Shown: in pieces, positions 42,603-53,084 of the stretch
Layout: each line of letters starts with the position of its first letter
Position numbering within the stretch: position 1 is the first letter of the stretch
DNA from: an uncultured Gemmatimonadales bacterium
GTDB lineage: Bacteria; Gemmatimonadota; Gemmatimonadetes; Gemmatimonadales; Gemmatimonadaceae
NCBI GenBank assembly: GCA_963701965.1
Contig: OY969695.1
Location: 192,001 to 256,000, forward strand
Direction of reading: 5' to 3'
Length of the DNA: 64,000 bases
Notes under the pieces: model-generated
Told to the model about the DNA's origin: nothing
Seen by the model: only the letters and a program-made list of their open reading frames with translations
Databases searched by the model: none
Position numbers and translations under genes: made by a program

Positions 42603-43268
42603 TTAGTGGGCTCTTTGAACGCCAAGAAATAACTCAACGATACCGATGGTGTCGATGAAGCCGTGAATCAACATCACGAAAGGCAAGCTCTTCTGGCTGA
42701 AGATGTACGTCATGGCAAGCGTGAACCCTACGGCTCCGGTGAGAAGCACACCTGCCGCCCCTTGGTAAAGGTGCGCGAAGCCAAATGCCATGGAACTGAA
42801 GAGGGCCAGTGGCCATTTGAACCTTTCTCCGAAGACTATGGTTCCATACCCGATCATGAATCCTCGGAAGACCGTCTCTTCAACGAGGGCTCCGATCAGC
42901 CAAGAGGCCACGAGGAAGAATGCCAGCTTGGGCCAATTGCCGGGAATAGCTTGAAATTGCGACGTGTCGAGGGGTCGCCGCGTGAGCCACTTTGCAACGG
43001 GCTCGAACGCATAGTCGGAAAGAAGACTCACCAGTGCTGCGACGACAAGTGCGTACCCGATGATCTTTATCCAGTTGGCTGGGCGCGCTAGCCCCAACAA
43101 GGCAACGGGTTGTCGCCCGAAGCCCATTAACGCGACAACCCACGCAAATGCCAAGATCGCACCAGCGCCTGGAAGCAAGAAGCACAGCACTGGGGCAATT
43201 GCCCACAGGACCACACGTGGCCAACCGCCGCTGCTCAGGACTCTTTCCGTGTGGTCTCGCAGCGACAT
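42603..43268 (-). CDS. CPBP (Abi/CAAX) intramembrane metalloprotease
   Basis: EETVFRG; FGFAH; HGFID. Confidence 0.9.
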   Translation of the reverse strand: MSLRDHTERVLSSGGWPRVVLWAIAPVLCFLLPGAGAILAFAWVVALMGFGRQPVALLGLARPANWIKIIGYALVVAALVSLLSDYAFEPVAKWLTRRPLDTSQFQAIPGNWPKLAFFLVASWLIGALVEETVFRGFMIGYGTIVFGERFKWPLALFSSMAFGFAHLYQGAAGVLLTGAVGFTLAMTYIFSQKSLPFVMLIHGFIDTIGIVELFLGVQRAH

Positions 43269-43275
43269 GGATGCT

Positions 43276-43337
43276 TCCTAACGACATGAGGCAGGCGAAG
43301 TCTGCCGGAAACTGTCCGCTCGATGGAAGGGTTCGGC
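43276..43337 (-). repeat. attC with internal deletions
   Basis: TCCTAAC GACATGAG...GTCCGCTCGATGGAAGG GTTCGGC. Confidence 0.75.
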
Positions 43338-43356
43338 GGTACTGCGGTGGTGCCAC

Positions 43357-43731
43357 TCAGTCGATGAATGCCCAAGTGTCTGCACCATCGAAATGGCGAA
43401 CCTGAACAGACTCTTGAAGACGCGGATCAAAGTTGCTGAGGTTGATGCCATGCTTGCCACCTGGTTCCGGCGCGAGTGGCTCCCAATGCGTGACGCACCC
43501 GCAGGTCTTGCAACGCACATTACGCAGCGTCTTGTCGCCCCAGATGTACTCGGCGGTGTTCCCCGGATGTCCCTCTATCCGAACCGTCCCGAACTCGTAG
43601 TAAGCCCAGAGTCCGCCAAGGCGCCTGCAGAGGGAGCAGTTGCACTTGGTCGCCTTCTCGGGCGCTGACGGCAGCGTGAGGCGAACTGCACCGCAGTGAC
43701 ATGAACCTTGTAGCAGTTGATTCTCGCCCAT
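43357..43731 (-). CDS. GFA family protein
   Basis: GSCHCG, CNCSLCRR, CKTCGC, FDGADTW. Confidence 0.9.
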   Translation of the reverse strand: MGENQLLQGSCHCGAVRLTLPSAPEKATKCNCSLCRRLGGLWAYYEFGTVRIEGHPGNTAEYIWGDKTLRNVRCKTCGCVTHWEPLAPEPGGKHGINLSNFDPRLQESVQVRHFDGADTWAFID

Positions 43732-43757
43732 GACGGACTCGCTTGGATTCGTGTGCC

Positions 43758-43835
43758 GCCCAACGTTCGACATGAGCGGCGGCCGGAAGCGGAGGGAGCC
43801 TGCTGAAGGGACGTCCGTTCGATGGAGGGTGGGGC
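43758..43835 (-). repeat. attC
   Basis: GCCCAAC GTTCGACATGAG...GTCCGTTCGATGGAGG GTGGGGC. Confidence 0.8.
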
Positions 43836-43917
43836 GTCGCCCGCGCGAAATAAAAATAGACGTGCCGAGGAGGCCAGGCATAAGCTCTCCCCGCCTCATA
43901 CACCCTGGGAGATTCCG

Positions 43918-44325
43918 ATGACTAGGCATATTCGTTCGTTGTTTTGTGCTGGCTTCCTGCTCTTGCTCGGCGGGCAGATGCTCGCCCAAACGGCGCCGCC
44001 TGCCAAGAGGAACCTTGTGGAGTTGGCGCGTGCCGACCTCTCCGGCGCACCGAACATGGAGGTGATCACTTCTAGAGGCGAGTGGAAAACCGGCGAATCG
44101 ATTCCGAGGCACCTGCATCACGGCATTGAGACTGGCTTCGTACTTCAGGGGGCGATGGTCCAAGAACCCGGTAAGGAGCCAATGATGCTCGCTACTGGCA
44201 GCCCGCTGATGAACCTGCGCGATGTTCCACATGCTGGATTCAAAGTCGTGGGTGAGGCATCACTCATTCTGCTTACTGTTCATATCGTGGACAAAGGCAA
44301 ACCCGTCACTGAATTTCTGAACTGA
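43918..44325 (+). CDS. Secreted cupin, inverted within its cassette
   Basis: Signal peptide; PRHLHHGIE; VPH; IVDKGKP; GGAG RBS. Confidence 0.85.
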   Translation: MTRHIRSLFCAGFLLLLGGQMLAQTAPPAKRNLVELARADLSGAPNMEVITSRGEWKTGESIPRHLHHGIETGFVLQGAMVQEPGKEPMMLATGSPLMNLRDVPHAGFKVVGEASLILLTVHIVDKGKPVTEFLN

Positions 44326-44345
44326 GAAGTCGATCCCCGCACGGC

Positions 44346-44423
44346 GCCTGACGTTTGACATGAGCGGCGGCTGTACGCGAGCGAAGCTTGCCGGAGGACG
44401 TCCGCTCGACGGAGGGGTTCGGC
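44346..44423 (-). repeat. attC
   Basis: GCCTGAC GTTTGACATGAG...GTCCGCTCGACGGAGGG GTTCGGC. Confidence 0.85.
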
Positions 44424-44669
44424 CGATCACTCATTGGGACCGCGAAGTGAGCGAACGCCGGCGCGAAAGCCCTGGTGCTTTGCAAGTGGCGCGCTTGCAG
44501 GAGGTGGCTTTGCGCTGGGTGCGGGTGCCGCGGTGCCGCGAGTCGGCTGTCTCACTCAAGAGTGGCGCATCGAGGGGGTTAGGCGACAGCGACCGAACGG
44601 CAAGACCAACGGGATTGCCGGCGCCGGACACGAAGGATCCGTTAGCGGGAGGTCTCGCGCGCCCCAAGG

Positions 44670-45182
44670 TTAGAAGAGATTCGGATCAGGCGGTTTGCTG
44701 ATTTCCGAGCGATTGGCCTCTATGAACTCGCGGAACGCTCCGGAATAAAGACGTTGCCCTTCCCGGTCGAACACCTCCTTCATCAACGGGTGCCGCAGTT
44801 TCTCAAAGATGTATTGATCCCAGCCTTCGCTTTCGAACTGCTTCGCAACCCAACTAGACCTTCGCGTTGTCTGGTACATCTCTTCAAAGACGCTCAGATG
44901 GAAATACACGAAGGTCTTTAGCTGGTAGTAGTCGTCGCATCTCGGCACTTCTGCCGATGGGGCATAGAAGTACGACGTCTTCCGTTCGACCTGCTCCATG
45001 AGCAAGCGGAGCATCTTCGGGTTAGAAATCGCGAGTTTGTCGATCTCATACATCCGATCCCAAAGTTTCGCCGTTGGCGTGAGCGGCAATAGCGCCCGAG
45101 ATAAGACATAGGTAAGGAGGCCCAGCGCCGCAGCAAGCGCGGCCACCGCAACACCGAGCAAAGTGGCTTGAATCTGGGTCAT
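44670..45182 (-). CDS. Hypothetical N-terminal TM protein (cassette)
   Basis: Intact lower-GC ORF starting just after attC. Confidence 0.7.
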   Translation of the reverse strand: MTQIQATLLGVAVAALAAALGLLTYVLSRALLPLTPTAKLWDRMYEIDKLAISNPKMLRLLMEQVERKTSYFYAPSAEVPRCDDYYQLKTFVYFHLSVFEEMYQTTRRSSWVAKQFESEGWDQYIFEKLRHPLMKEVFDREGQRLYSGAFREFIEANRSEISKPPDPNLF

Positions 45183-45212
45183 GTAACGGTGTGCTGAGAG
45201 GCGTTCTATTCG

Positions 45213-45290
45213 GCCTAACGTTCGGCACGAGCGGCGGCGCAAAGGGCGCGAAGCGGGCTTTGCAACGTCCGCTCGACGGAGGGGTTAGAG
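45213..45290 (-). repeat. attC (both cores intact)
   Basis: GCCTAAC...GTTAGAG, 78 bp. Confidence 0.9.
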
Positions 45291-45725
45291 GCCACGATTG
45301 GGAGCGGTGAGTAGCTTCTTCATAAAGAACTTGGAAAAGCCCACTGGATTGTTCGGAAGCTCCCCGAAACAGATGTAGCCGATACGCTCGTAGAACCCGC
45401 GCGCCTGAAATTCAATTGTGTCGAGCCACACCCCATGGCAGTTTCTCTGCCTGGCCTCCGCCTCGGCAAGCTCCATGATCTGGGCGCCGATGCCGCGACC
45501 CCGAAGATGCGTTGGCACTGCTAGGAGATGCACCATGAGCCAGTCGTAGGACGTGTTCCCCCACAGACCTCCGATCACGGAGCCCGAGCTGTCTCTGAGC
45601 AGCACGGCCAAGTGGCGATACTGGCTAGGCCCGGCCTGACTCGTGTTGTATTGGCCGAGCACGCCACCGATGGCCTGTCGGTTGTCAGCGTCCTCGACGT
45701 CGGTGAGAGAAAGCGTGTAGTCCAT
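45285..45725 (-). CDS. GNAT acetyltransferase
   Basis: LRGRGIG; LDTIEFQARGFYE. Confidence 0.9.
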   Translation of the reverse strand: MDYTLSLTDVEDADNRQAIGGVLGQYNTSQAGPSQYRHLAVLLRDSSGSVIGGLWGNTSYDWLMVHLLAVPTHLRGRGIGAQIMELAEAEARQRNCHGVWLDTIEFQARGFYERIGYICFGELPNNPVGFSKFFMKKLLTAPNRGL

Positions 45726-45752
45726 GCTAAAGCGAGACGGCGTGCGGGTGGG

Positions 45753-45831
45753 ACCTAACGTTCGACATGAGCGGCAGCTGGAGGCAGGCAAACCCTGGCG
45801 GAAGCGGTCCCGCTCGATGGAGGGATTAGCG
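45753..45831 (-). repeat. attC separated from its gene by IS110
   Basis: ACCTAAC...CGCTCGATGGAGGG ATTAGCG. Confidence 0.85.
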
Positions 45832-45832
45832 A

Positions 45833-47499
45833 AGTAATCGGCCTGCTGCCGCAAATCGCGCCGAAGAAACTCTGCGCGGCTTTGTTGTGGCAAGGTGGAA
45901 TGCGGCGCTGCGGAAGACCGATGTGGCAGTGGTGCGTACTGCCCGCGGATTAGCGTGGTCCTGGGTGACGTCATCGACATTGGTGAACCGGCTCGACGGT
46001 TTGCAGCCGCCGGGTCGGTATCCCGTTTGAGAGAATGAGCAAGACGACGTACCCGATGCGGCGCCACATTCCACAACGGATGATGGAGCAAGCCATGGCC
46101 GGACGCAACGCAAGAGTCAGCCCCAAGCCGGATAAGTCCCGAGCAGCCCTGACGATCACCCACCCCAATGCCGCCGGAATCGACATCGACAGCGCGTCCC
46201 ACTTCGTGGCCGTACCGCCGGACCGGGACGACGAACCCGTGCGCGAGTTCCCAAGCTTCACGGTCGATCTCAACGCCCTGGCCGATTGGCTCGACGCCTG
46301 CGGCGTCGATACCGTTGCGATGGAATCGACCGACGTGTACTGGATCCCTCTGTTCGAGCTGCTGGAGTCGCGCGGCTTCACCGTGCTGCTGGTCAACGCT
46401 CGCCACGTCAAGAACGTCTCCGGGCGCAAGTCCGACGTGCTGGACTGCCAGTGGCTGCAGCAGCTCATGACCTACGGCCTGCTCAGTGGGGCGTTTCGTC
46501 CGGCCGAGCAGATCTGCGTCCTGCGCTGCCTGTACCGCCAACGCGAGATGCTGCTAAAGAGCCAGGCCCGTCATGTCCAGCACATGCAAAAGGCGCTCAC
46601 GCAGATGAACACCCAGCTGACCAATGTCCTGGCCGACATCGTCGGCGCCACGGGGCAGAAGATCTTGCGCGCCATCGTCGCCGGCGAGCGCGACGGCGCT
46701 ACGCTGGGCGCGCTCAAGAATGTGCGCGTTCATGCCAGCGCCGACGAGATCGCCAAGAGCTTGCAGGGCAACTGGCGCGCAGAGCACCTGTTTGCACTCA
46801 AGCAGGCGCTGGCACTGTTCGACTTCATCGGCACGCAGCTCAGCGAGTGCGACGGCGAGATCGAAGCCCAACTGCAGAGCCTGCGCACTCACGATGGCGA
46901 TCCCGCCAAAGGCAAGAAGCGCAGCCGCTCGCGTAACGCCCCGAAGTTCGATCTGCGCGTGCAGCTGTTCCAGATGTGCGGTGTCGACCTCACCCGTATC
47001 GACGGCGTCGACGTCACCACGGCGCTGGCGGTGGTCTCGGAGATCGGCGTGGACATGGCACGCTTCCCCACCGTCAAGCACTTCACCTCCTGGCTGGGCC
47101 TGTGCCCGGGTACCAAGATCACCGGCGGCAAGGTGATGAGCGGCAAGACCAAGCGAGTCGTCAATCGCGCTGCGCAGGCCCTGCGCCTGGCCGCCGCCGC
47201 GCTGCGCAGCAGCAAGTCAGCGCTCGGCGCGTATTTCAGAAGGCTCTGCTCGCGCATGGACAAGCCCAAGGCCGTCACCGCCGCCGCACACAAAATCGCT
47301 CGGCTCATCTACTTGATGCTGACCAAAGGCCAGGAGTACACCGATCAAGGCCAGGACTACTACGAGCAACGCTACCGCGAGCGCGTCCTGCGCGCCCTAT
47401 CTCAGCGCGCCGCCAAGCTCGGTATGAAGATGGTCGCCATCGAGCAACCCGCCTGAAATCCACCCTCCAAATCAATCACTTGGAACGAGTTTCTTGAGA
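45833..47499 (+). mobile_element. IS110 family element (long type), GA core inferred
   Basis: GA at both junctions (45831-32, 47500-01); ~260-bp structured non-coding left end. Confidence 0.8.
46095..47456 (+). CDS. IS110 family transposase/recombinase
   Basis: AAGIDID, VAMEST, RKSDVLDC, SWLGLCP. Confidence 0.92.
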   Translation: MAGRNARVSPKPDKSRAALTITHPNAAGIDIDSASHFVAVPPDRDDEPVREFPSFTVDLNALADWLDACGVDTVAMESTDVYWIPLFELLESRGFTVLLVNARHVKNVSGRKSDVLDCQWLQQLMTYGLLSGAFRPAEQICVLRCLYRQREMLLKSQARHVQHMQKALTQMNTQLTNVLADIVGATGQKILRAIVAGERDGATLGALKNVRVHASADEIAKSLQGNWRAEHLFALKQALALFDFIGTQLSECDGEIEAQLQSLRTHDGDPAKGKKRSRSRNAPKFDLRVQLFQMCGVDLTRIDGVDVTTALAVVSEIGVDMARFPTVKHFTSWLGLCPGTKITGGKVMSGKTKRVVNRAAQALRLAAAALRSSKSALGAYFRRLCSRMDKPKAVTAAAHKIARLIYLMLTKGQEYTDQGQDYYEQRYRERVLRALSQRAAKLGMKMVAIEQPA

Positions 47500-47501
47500 G
47501 A

Positions 47502-47925
47502 CGCCAGCATGCCAGAGCCTGATACGAGCCTGCCGCAAAGCGAACCAGCCCGTAGAGACTGCAAGCGTGACGCCTGCGGCGGCCTCGAACCAGATGGTGA
47601 AGTTCATCGCAAGCGTGTGCTCAGAGCAGAGAGCCAGCGTGTAGTGCGCAAGCCCGTCGAGTCCAAACGCTCCATAAGCGGCGAAGAAGAGTGCGGCCGT
47701 TGTGCGCCAACCTGCCGCAACAAGAACGGCGCCGATGATGCCGACGCCGGTGATCATCAGCCAGGCGAGATAGACCTTTTCCCTTGTGAGCCAGGTTGGC
47801 ATGTTCGGATAGAAAGCGATGTATTCCGCGTTGTGGCTGAAGTGAGCGAGGCTCGCGACGCCATACAGCGCGAGCACCGGCCACACGTGGCTTGGCAAAT
47901 GCAACGAGCCGGGAAGCTCCTTCAC
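47502..47925 (-). CDS. Hypothetical membrane protein (3' end cut by IS110)
   Basis: HFSHNAE, YPNMP; four TM segments. Confidence 0.7.
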
Positions 47926-47932
47926 TGCTGAG

Positions 47933-48010
47933 GCCTAACGTTCGACATGAGCAGCGGCGCAAAGGGCGCGAAGCGGCCTTTGGGACGTTCGCTCGATGGA
48001 GGGGCTAGAG
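47933..48010 (-). repeat. attC
   Basis: GCCTAAC...CTCGATGGAGGG GCTAGAG. Confidence 0.9.
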
Positions 48011-48011
48011 C

Positions 48012-48608
48012 TCACTGGGCAGGCGACGGCTGATCCCTTTGCACGAGCGACAGATATTGCTCGAGAGTTCCGCACGAAAGCGGCTTGAACATGACGCGCA
48101 AGGTATTTGTGAGCTTCCCCATTTCGACGCCATGGCGCGTTCTGACTTCAATGTACCCGAGCGCTTCCCAAAACCGCTCGGCTCGACTGTTGCCCTGTAC
48201 GACGCCGAGCCGAAGCCACTTGGCACCGTTGGAGGCGGCCCACGCTTCGAGTTCGCCATACAGCGCCTGGGCAAGCCCCGTCCCGTGATGCGAAGTGGCT
48301 ATCACAAATAAACCAATGTGCCAGACGCTCGGGGCAAGAAGATCGGAGACGATGTTCGCCATCGCAACCATTCCTCCATCGGCGTTCAAGTAGCCCACCA
48401 ACCACTTTCTCGTGAAGCTCCACCCTACCGGCAATTCGCCATGGATTTCTTGGTGCGCCTCGTTCGGTCCCGCGGGCACACCGTTAACCGCAAGAAAGTA
48501 TTGCGGATTGGCTACGAAGAAGGCCTGCAGCAGCTGCTCATCTTCACCCGTGATCTCTATCGCACGCAAGCCCGGAACGAAGGAGACCGGGAGTGCGGCG
48601 ACCGTCAT
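48012..48608 (-). CDS. GNAT acetyltransferase
   Basis: HHGTGLA; LRLGVVQGNSRAERFW. Confidence 0.88.
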   Translation of the reverse strand: MTVAALPVSFVPGLRAIEITGEDEQLLQAFFVANPQYFLAVNGVPAGPNEAHQEIHGELPVGWSFTRKWLVGYLNADGGMVAMANIVSDLLAPSVWHIGLFVIATSHHGTGLAQALYGELEAWAASNGAKWLRLGVVQGNSRAERFWEALGYIEVRTRHGVEMGKLTNTLRVMFKPLSCGTLEQYLSLVQRDQPSPAQ

Positions 48609-48614
48609 CGTGGG

Positions 48615-48683
48615 CTCTAGCGTTCGACATGAGCGGCGGCCGCAGTCAAGTGCAGCTTGCCGAAGGACGTCCGCTCGATGGAG
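48615..48683 (-). repeat. attC split by IS110 (remainder at 49851-49859)
   Basis: CTCTAGC GTTCGACATGAG...CTCGATGGAG, then IS, then GAGTTAGGT. Confidence 0.9.
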
Positions 48684-48698
48684 CAACTGTGTCTCAAG

Positions 48699-49669
<971 letters not shown>

Positions 49670-49670
<1 letters not shown>

Positions 49671-49830
49671 CTACCCTTCCTTGCGAATGCATGTTCATCA
49701 TCGACAACTGTTCGGGCTACACGGTTGGATAAGAACGGGCCAATGCGTTGACCTAATGCTCCATCACGAGCTAGAACTCAGAGGGGTAACTGGTTTGGCG
49801 CATCGACCACGAAACTACGGCACTGCTGTG
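49670..49830 (-). ncRNA. Predicted bridge RNA (ends approximate)
   Basis: Four guide segments matching target and donor junctions in IS621 order. Confidence 0.8.
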
Positions 49831-49900
49831 CCTACTTCGGAAGATACAAGGAGTTAGGTCGCACCTCGGCTGCCGCGATACGCTCTTGCCCGTGTGGCTA

Positions 49901-50197
49901 CTACACGCCCTCAAGGGTAATGAGCATGTCCATTTCACTAGTGCATTGCTTCCGAAGAGCAATCAGCGGCGCATATTCGGGCGCGGTGTACCAGGCGTTA
50001 AGCGCTGTCATATCCGGGAACTCGATGATCACGACGCGCTCTGGGGTCCAGTGGCCTCCTTCGGGCATCCTATGGGCTCCTCCCTTGTTGAGATAGCGGC
50101 CTCCGTACTTGGCGATGAGTGGGCCAACCTTGACGCGGTAGTCCTCGAACTTGGACGCATCCGTGATGATGTGCTCAACGATCAAGTAAGCGGACAT
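49901..50197 (-). CDS. DUF1330 protein
   Basis: YGGRYL; IIEFPD; WY..PEY..LIALR. Confidence 0.88.
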   Translation of the reverse strand: MSAYLIVEHIITDASKFEDYRVKVGPLIAKYGGRYLNKGGAHRMPEGGHWTPERVVIIEFPDMTALNAWYTAPEYAPLIALRKQCTSEMDMLITLEGV

Positions 50198-50239
50198 GGG
50201 TTGCCTCCGAATGCGAGCAGTCTCAGTGTTTGCGGCGCG

Positions 50240-50307
50240 ACCTAACGTTTGAGATGAGAGGCGTGACCCGGCTCGCGGGGCAAGTCCTCTCGATTAAAGG
50301 GTTAGGC
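50240..50307 (-). repeat. attC of dfrB cassette (68 bp, cores intact)
   Basis: ACCTAAC GTTTGAGATGAG...CTCGATTAAAGG GTTAGGC; dfrB stop lies in the core box. Confidence 0.9.
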
Positions 50308-50538
50308 CACGCGTTCAAGTGCAGCGACAGGATAAATTTGTACTGAGCCTGGGTGAGATTCAGACTCGACGGCGTAGCCCTCAGGGGTCAGTTTTGTGCA
50401 ATACCAGCCGACAACTTGACCCTGCCAAGCGGCGCCAGACTTCTTGCGTACACGATCTCCCAGGCCAAACGTGGCGCGCAGTCGCAATGCAAACGGACCA
50501 GCAACTGGAGTACTGATGTCGTTGCTACTTTGATCCAT
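50302..50538 (-). CDS. dfrB: Type II (R67-like) dihydrofolate reductase, trimethoprim-resistant
   Basis: 78 aa; [34 protein letters not shown]. Confidence 0.97.
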   Translation of the reverse strand: MDQSSNDISTPVAGPFALRLRATFGLGDRVRKKSGAAWQGQVVGWYCTKLTPEGYAVESESHPGSVQIYPVAALERVA

Positions 50539-50646
50539 ACCTAACCCTTTTCGTCAATGTTTTGAGATGCTCGGCTGATCCAGGTCTACTTTTTGATTGG
50601 GCGATGACCTTGAAATCCTTCGCCCATGACGAGCCTGCTGGAGGAC

Positions 50647-51899
50647 GGGATCTTGCTCCGCTTTAGTTGACACATTGTTGTTAGGTCGTGCGTCGTTCGA
50701 AGGTAGCTGGCGGCGTGTGATCGAGAGACGAGTGCAGCCGCGTGTGGTTGTAGTACCGCAGGTAGGTGTGCAGAGTCTGCCTGAGCTCCTGGTCGCTGTC
50801 GAACCGCTTGCCCCAGAGGAACTCGCTCTTGAGTGAGTGGAAGAACGATTCCATGTGGGCGTTGTCGTTCATCTGACCGGGACGGTTCATGCTCTGCACG
50901 ATGCCGTGGCGGCGCAACGCCGCCTGGTAATCGAAGGCGCCGTACTCGATGCCGCGGTCGGTGTGGAAGATCAGGCCCGGCTCGGGTCGCCGCTTACGCA
51001 CAGCGTGCTGCAACGCTGTTCGGGTTAACTCGGCATCGCGTCTCTTGCTCAGGCTCCAGCCCACAAGCCTGCGTGAGTACTTGTCCATGACGACGGCCAT
51101 GTAGCGCCATTGCTGCCTGACGCGCAGGTAAGTGACGTCACCCACCCAGACTTGGTTGGTGTCTTGAAGCTGCAGGTGGCGCTGCCGGTTGGGGATGCGC
51201 TTGTAGAAGGCCTTCTGGCCCACCCTTCGGCGGCGATAGAGCCGCGCGCTGCGGCCCTGGATGTGTGCGCCGCGCATGAGCCTGGCGACCCGCCGGCGGC
51301 CGATTGATAAGCCCGCCTGCCGCATGGCTTGAGTCACCCGCGGACTGCCGTAGGTGTTCAAGCTGCTCGCGTGGACGCTGCGGATCTGCTCGGTGATGGC
51401 AGCGTCATCGACCTGGTGTTGGCTGGCTCCGCGTGCCTGCCAGGCGTAGAAGCCGGCCCGCGTTACGCCCAGCTGCCTGCACATCATCGCGAGGGGCCAC
51501 GCTTGCCGGTTTGTCCCGATGAAGGCGAAGACTTCGCCTTTCGTTCTGAGACAAACCGGATAGCTTTTTTTAGCAGGTCGTGCTCCATCTGCAGCTGCCG
51601 GTACTTGCCCTCGACTTCGCGCAGCCGCTGTAGCTCCGCTACAGCGGCTGCATCGAGCACCGGTGACTTGCCACTGAGCACGCCGTCTCTGACCTGCTTC
51701 CTCCACTTGGAGAGCATGAAGGGGTGGATGCACAGCGACTCGGCCACATCCTTGACGAGTACGCCGGGCTGCTCGCTCATGCGAACCGCGCGTAGCTTGA
51801 ACTCAAGCCCGTAGCGGTTGATCTTCTTCGGGCCAGGCATGCCCATTTGAGAACTCCTTCCGTTAGGTCAGAGTGTCAATCAAACCGGTGCAAGCTCCA
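50647..51899 (-). mobile_element. IS3 family element inserted in an attC
   Basis: 27-bp imperfect IRs; orfA from 51846, A7G slippery site 51564-51571; orfB WVGDVTY, HTDRG, DNAHMESFF. Confidence 0.93.
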
Positions 51900-51918
51900 C
51901 GTCCGCTCGATGGAGCGG

Positions 51919-52413
51919 TTAGGCCACATGTTGCGCTTGCTCGAGGACACTACCTGGTAACCAGCAAGCCATCCGAGTGGCGATCGCGCCTTTGCGCCGA
52001 AATGGCTTCGAGATGGGAAAGAAACCCAACGCTTGGTATGCGGCAATAGCGTACGGCGACGAGTTGAGTTCGACGGTTTTGACTTCCGGATAACTCTCTT
52101 CAAGGTGGGCGCGTGCGGCATTCCACAACGCCCGCCCGATGCCCTTGCGCAACTGACTGGGAGCGACAAAGAACAGTTGCACAAGCGTCAAGCGAGGCAA
52201 GAGGATGACTCCGACTACCTGAGCGTCGTGCTCGCACACCAAGCAAAGGGCTGCCTCGGAAAGCTTTAATGCGAGCTTGTCGGCCTGGGTTTCGGCGATG
52301 AACTCGTGCTGAGCCGACAACTCCCAATCTGGGGCAATGTGCGCGGCGAAGCCGGCTTGAACCAGCTGCGAAATGGCCACCGCATCATCAGCGTTCGGTT
52401 GGCGCAGATGCAT
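51919..52413 (-). CDS. GNAT acetyltransferase
   Basis: FFVAPSQLRKGIG; LNSSPYA..AY..LGF. Confidence 0.88.
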   Translation of the reverse strand: MHLRQPNADDAVAISQLVQAGFAAHIAPDWELSAQHEFIAETQADKLALKLSEAALCLVCEHDAQVVGVILLPRLTLVQLFFVAPSQLRKGIGRALWNAARAHLEESYPEVKTVELNSSPYAIAAYQALGFFPISKPFRRKGAIATRMACWLPGSVLEQAQHVA

Positions 52414-52421
52414 GCTCGTGG

Positions 52422-52499
52422 GTCTAACGTTTGAGATGAGCGGCGGCCGCAGGCAAGCGCAGCTTGCCGGAGGACGTCCACTCGATGGAAGGGCTAGGC
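52422..52499 (-). repeat. attC of first cassette
   Basis: GTCTAAC GTTTGAGATGAG...CTCGATGGAAGG GCTAGGC. Confidence 0.9.
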
Positions 52500-52525
52500 C
52501 TCAGTGGACAACACATGGCATTCGT

Positions 52526-53068
52526 CTACGCACTCGCCTTGGGCCACCCGACGTTTGCAGCACGACGAAGACTGGCTTTCACAACCTGGCGATGAAAGGG
52601 AGCAATGACCGATAGGTAGGCTCGGCCCAAGCGGTTGTGGCAGTAAACGACGGTTGATAGGGTCAGTTGGCTACCGGTAGTTGGCGGCGAGCCTGGCGTA
52701 CAAAGAATTGACACTCTGAAGTCAAGATGCTTGTCGTTCTCGCCTAAGACGACCTCAGTTTCGCTGGTGCTGAAGACCCTGAAGATGCTGATGCGGGGGG
52801 CTGTGGCATCACTAGAGAGCGTTGCAAGGTGCTTGGCGGTCTTCAGACCAAATCCCGCAACGATTGCATCTCGGACTTGGATGAGCGCTCCGATCCAAGA
52901 TGGCTGCTCCGCGAAGATGAATCGGGCCAAGACATCTGGATTTATAGAGGCGTCAGAAGGAAGTCGAATCGAAAACGCGTCTGCGAGGTTCACCGACTTG
53001 AATGCAGTAGCGACGGCAGACTGCGAGGGCAGGGCAACCTGCTCTACTAGCGTGAGTTTGCCTGGCAT
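52526..53068 (-). CDS. DUF2867 protein (first cassette)
   Basis: GENDKHLDFRVS; HNRLGRAY...PFH. Confidence 0.85.
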   Translation of the reverse strand: MPGKLTLVEQVALPSQSAVATAFKSVNLADAFSIRLPSDASINPDVLARFIFAEQPSWIGALIQVRDAIVAGFGLKTAKHLATLSSDATAPRISIFRVFSTSETEVVLGENDKHLDFRVSILCTPGSPPTTGSQLTLSTVVYCHNRLGRAYLSVIAPFHRQVVKASLRRAANVGWPKASA

Positions 53069-53084
53069 GGATGGACCTTCTGAG

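Noticed and set aside
44431..44667. 78-aa ORF as a cassette gene
   Set aside because: No RBS or motif and shadow-like composition; left unassigned
42440..48686. Shared N-terminal peptide (e.g. RRSCRTL) on several ORF-track proteins
   Set aside because: Artefact of ORF calls extending upstream through attC sequence
50539..50545. GTTAGGT directly before the dfrB start as the cassette boundary
   Set aside because: No attC arm precedes it; the broken attC lies ~90 bp further upstream, so it is likely part of the leader/RBS
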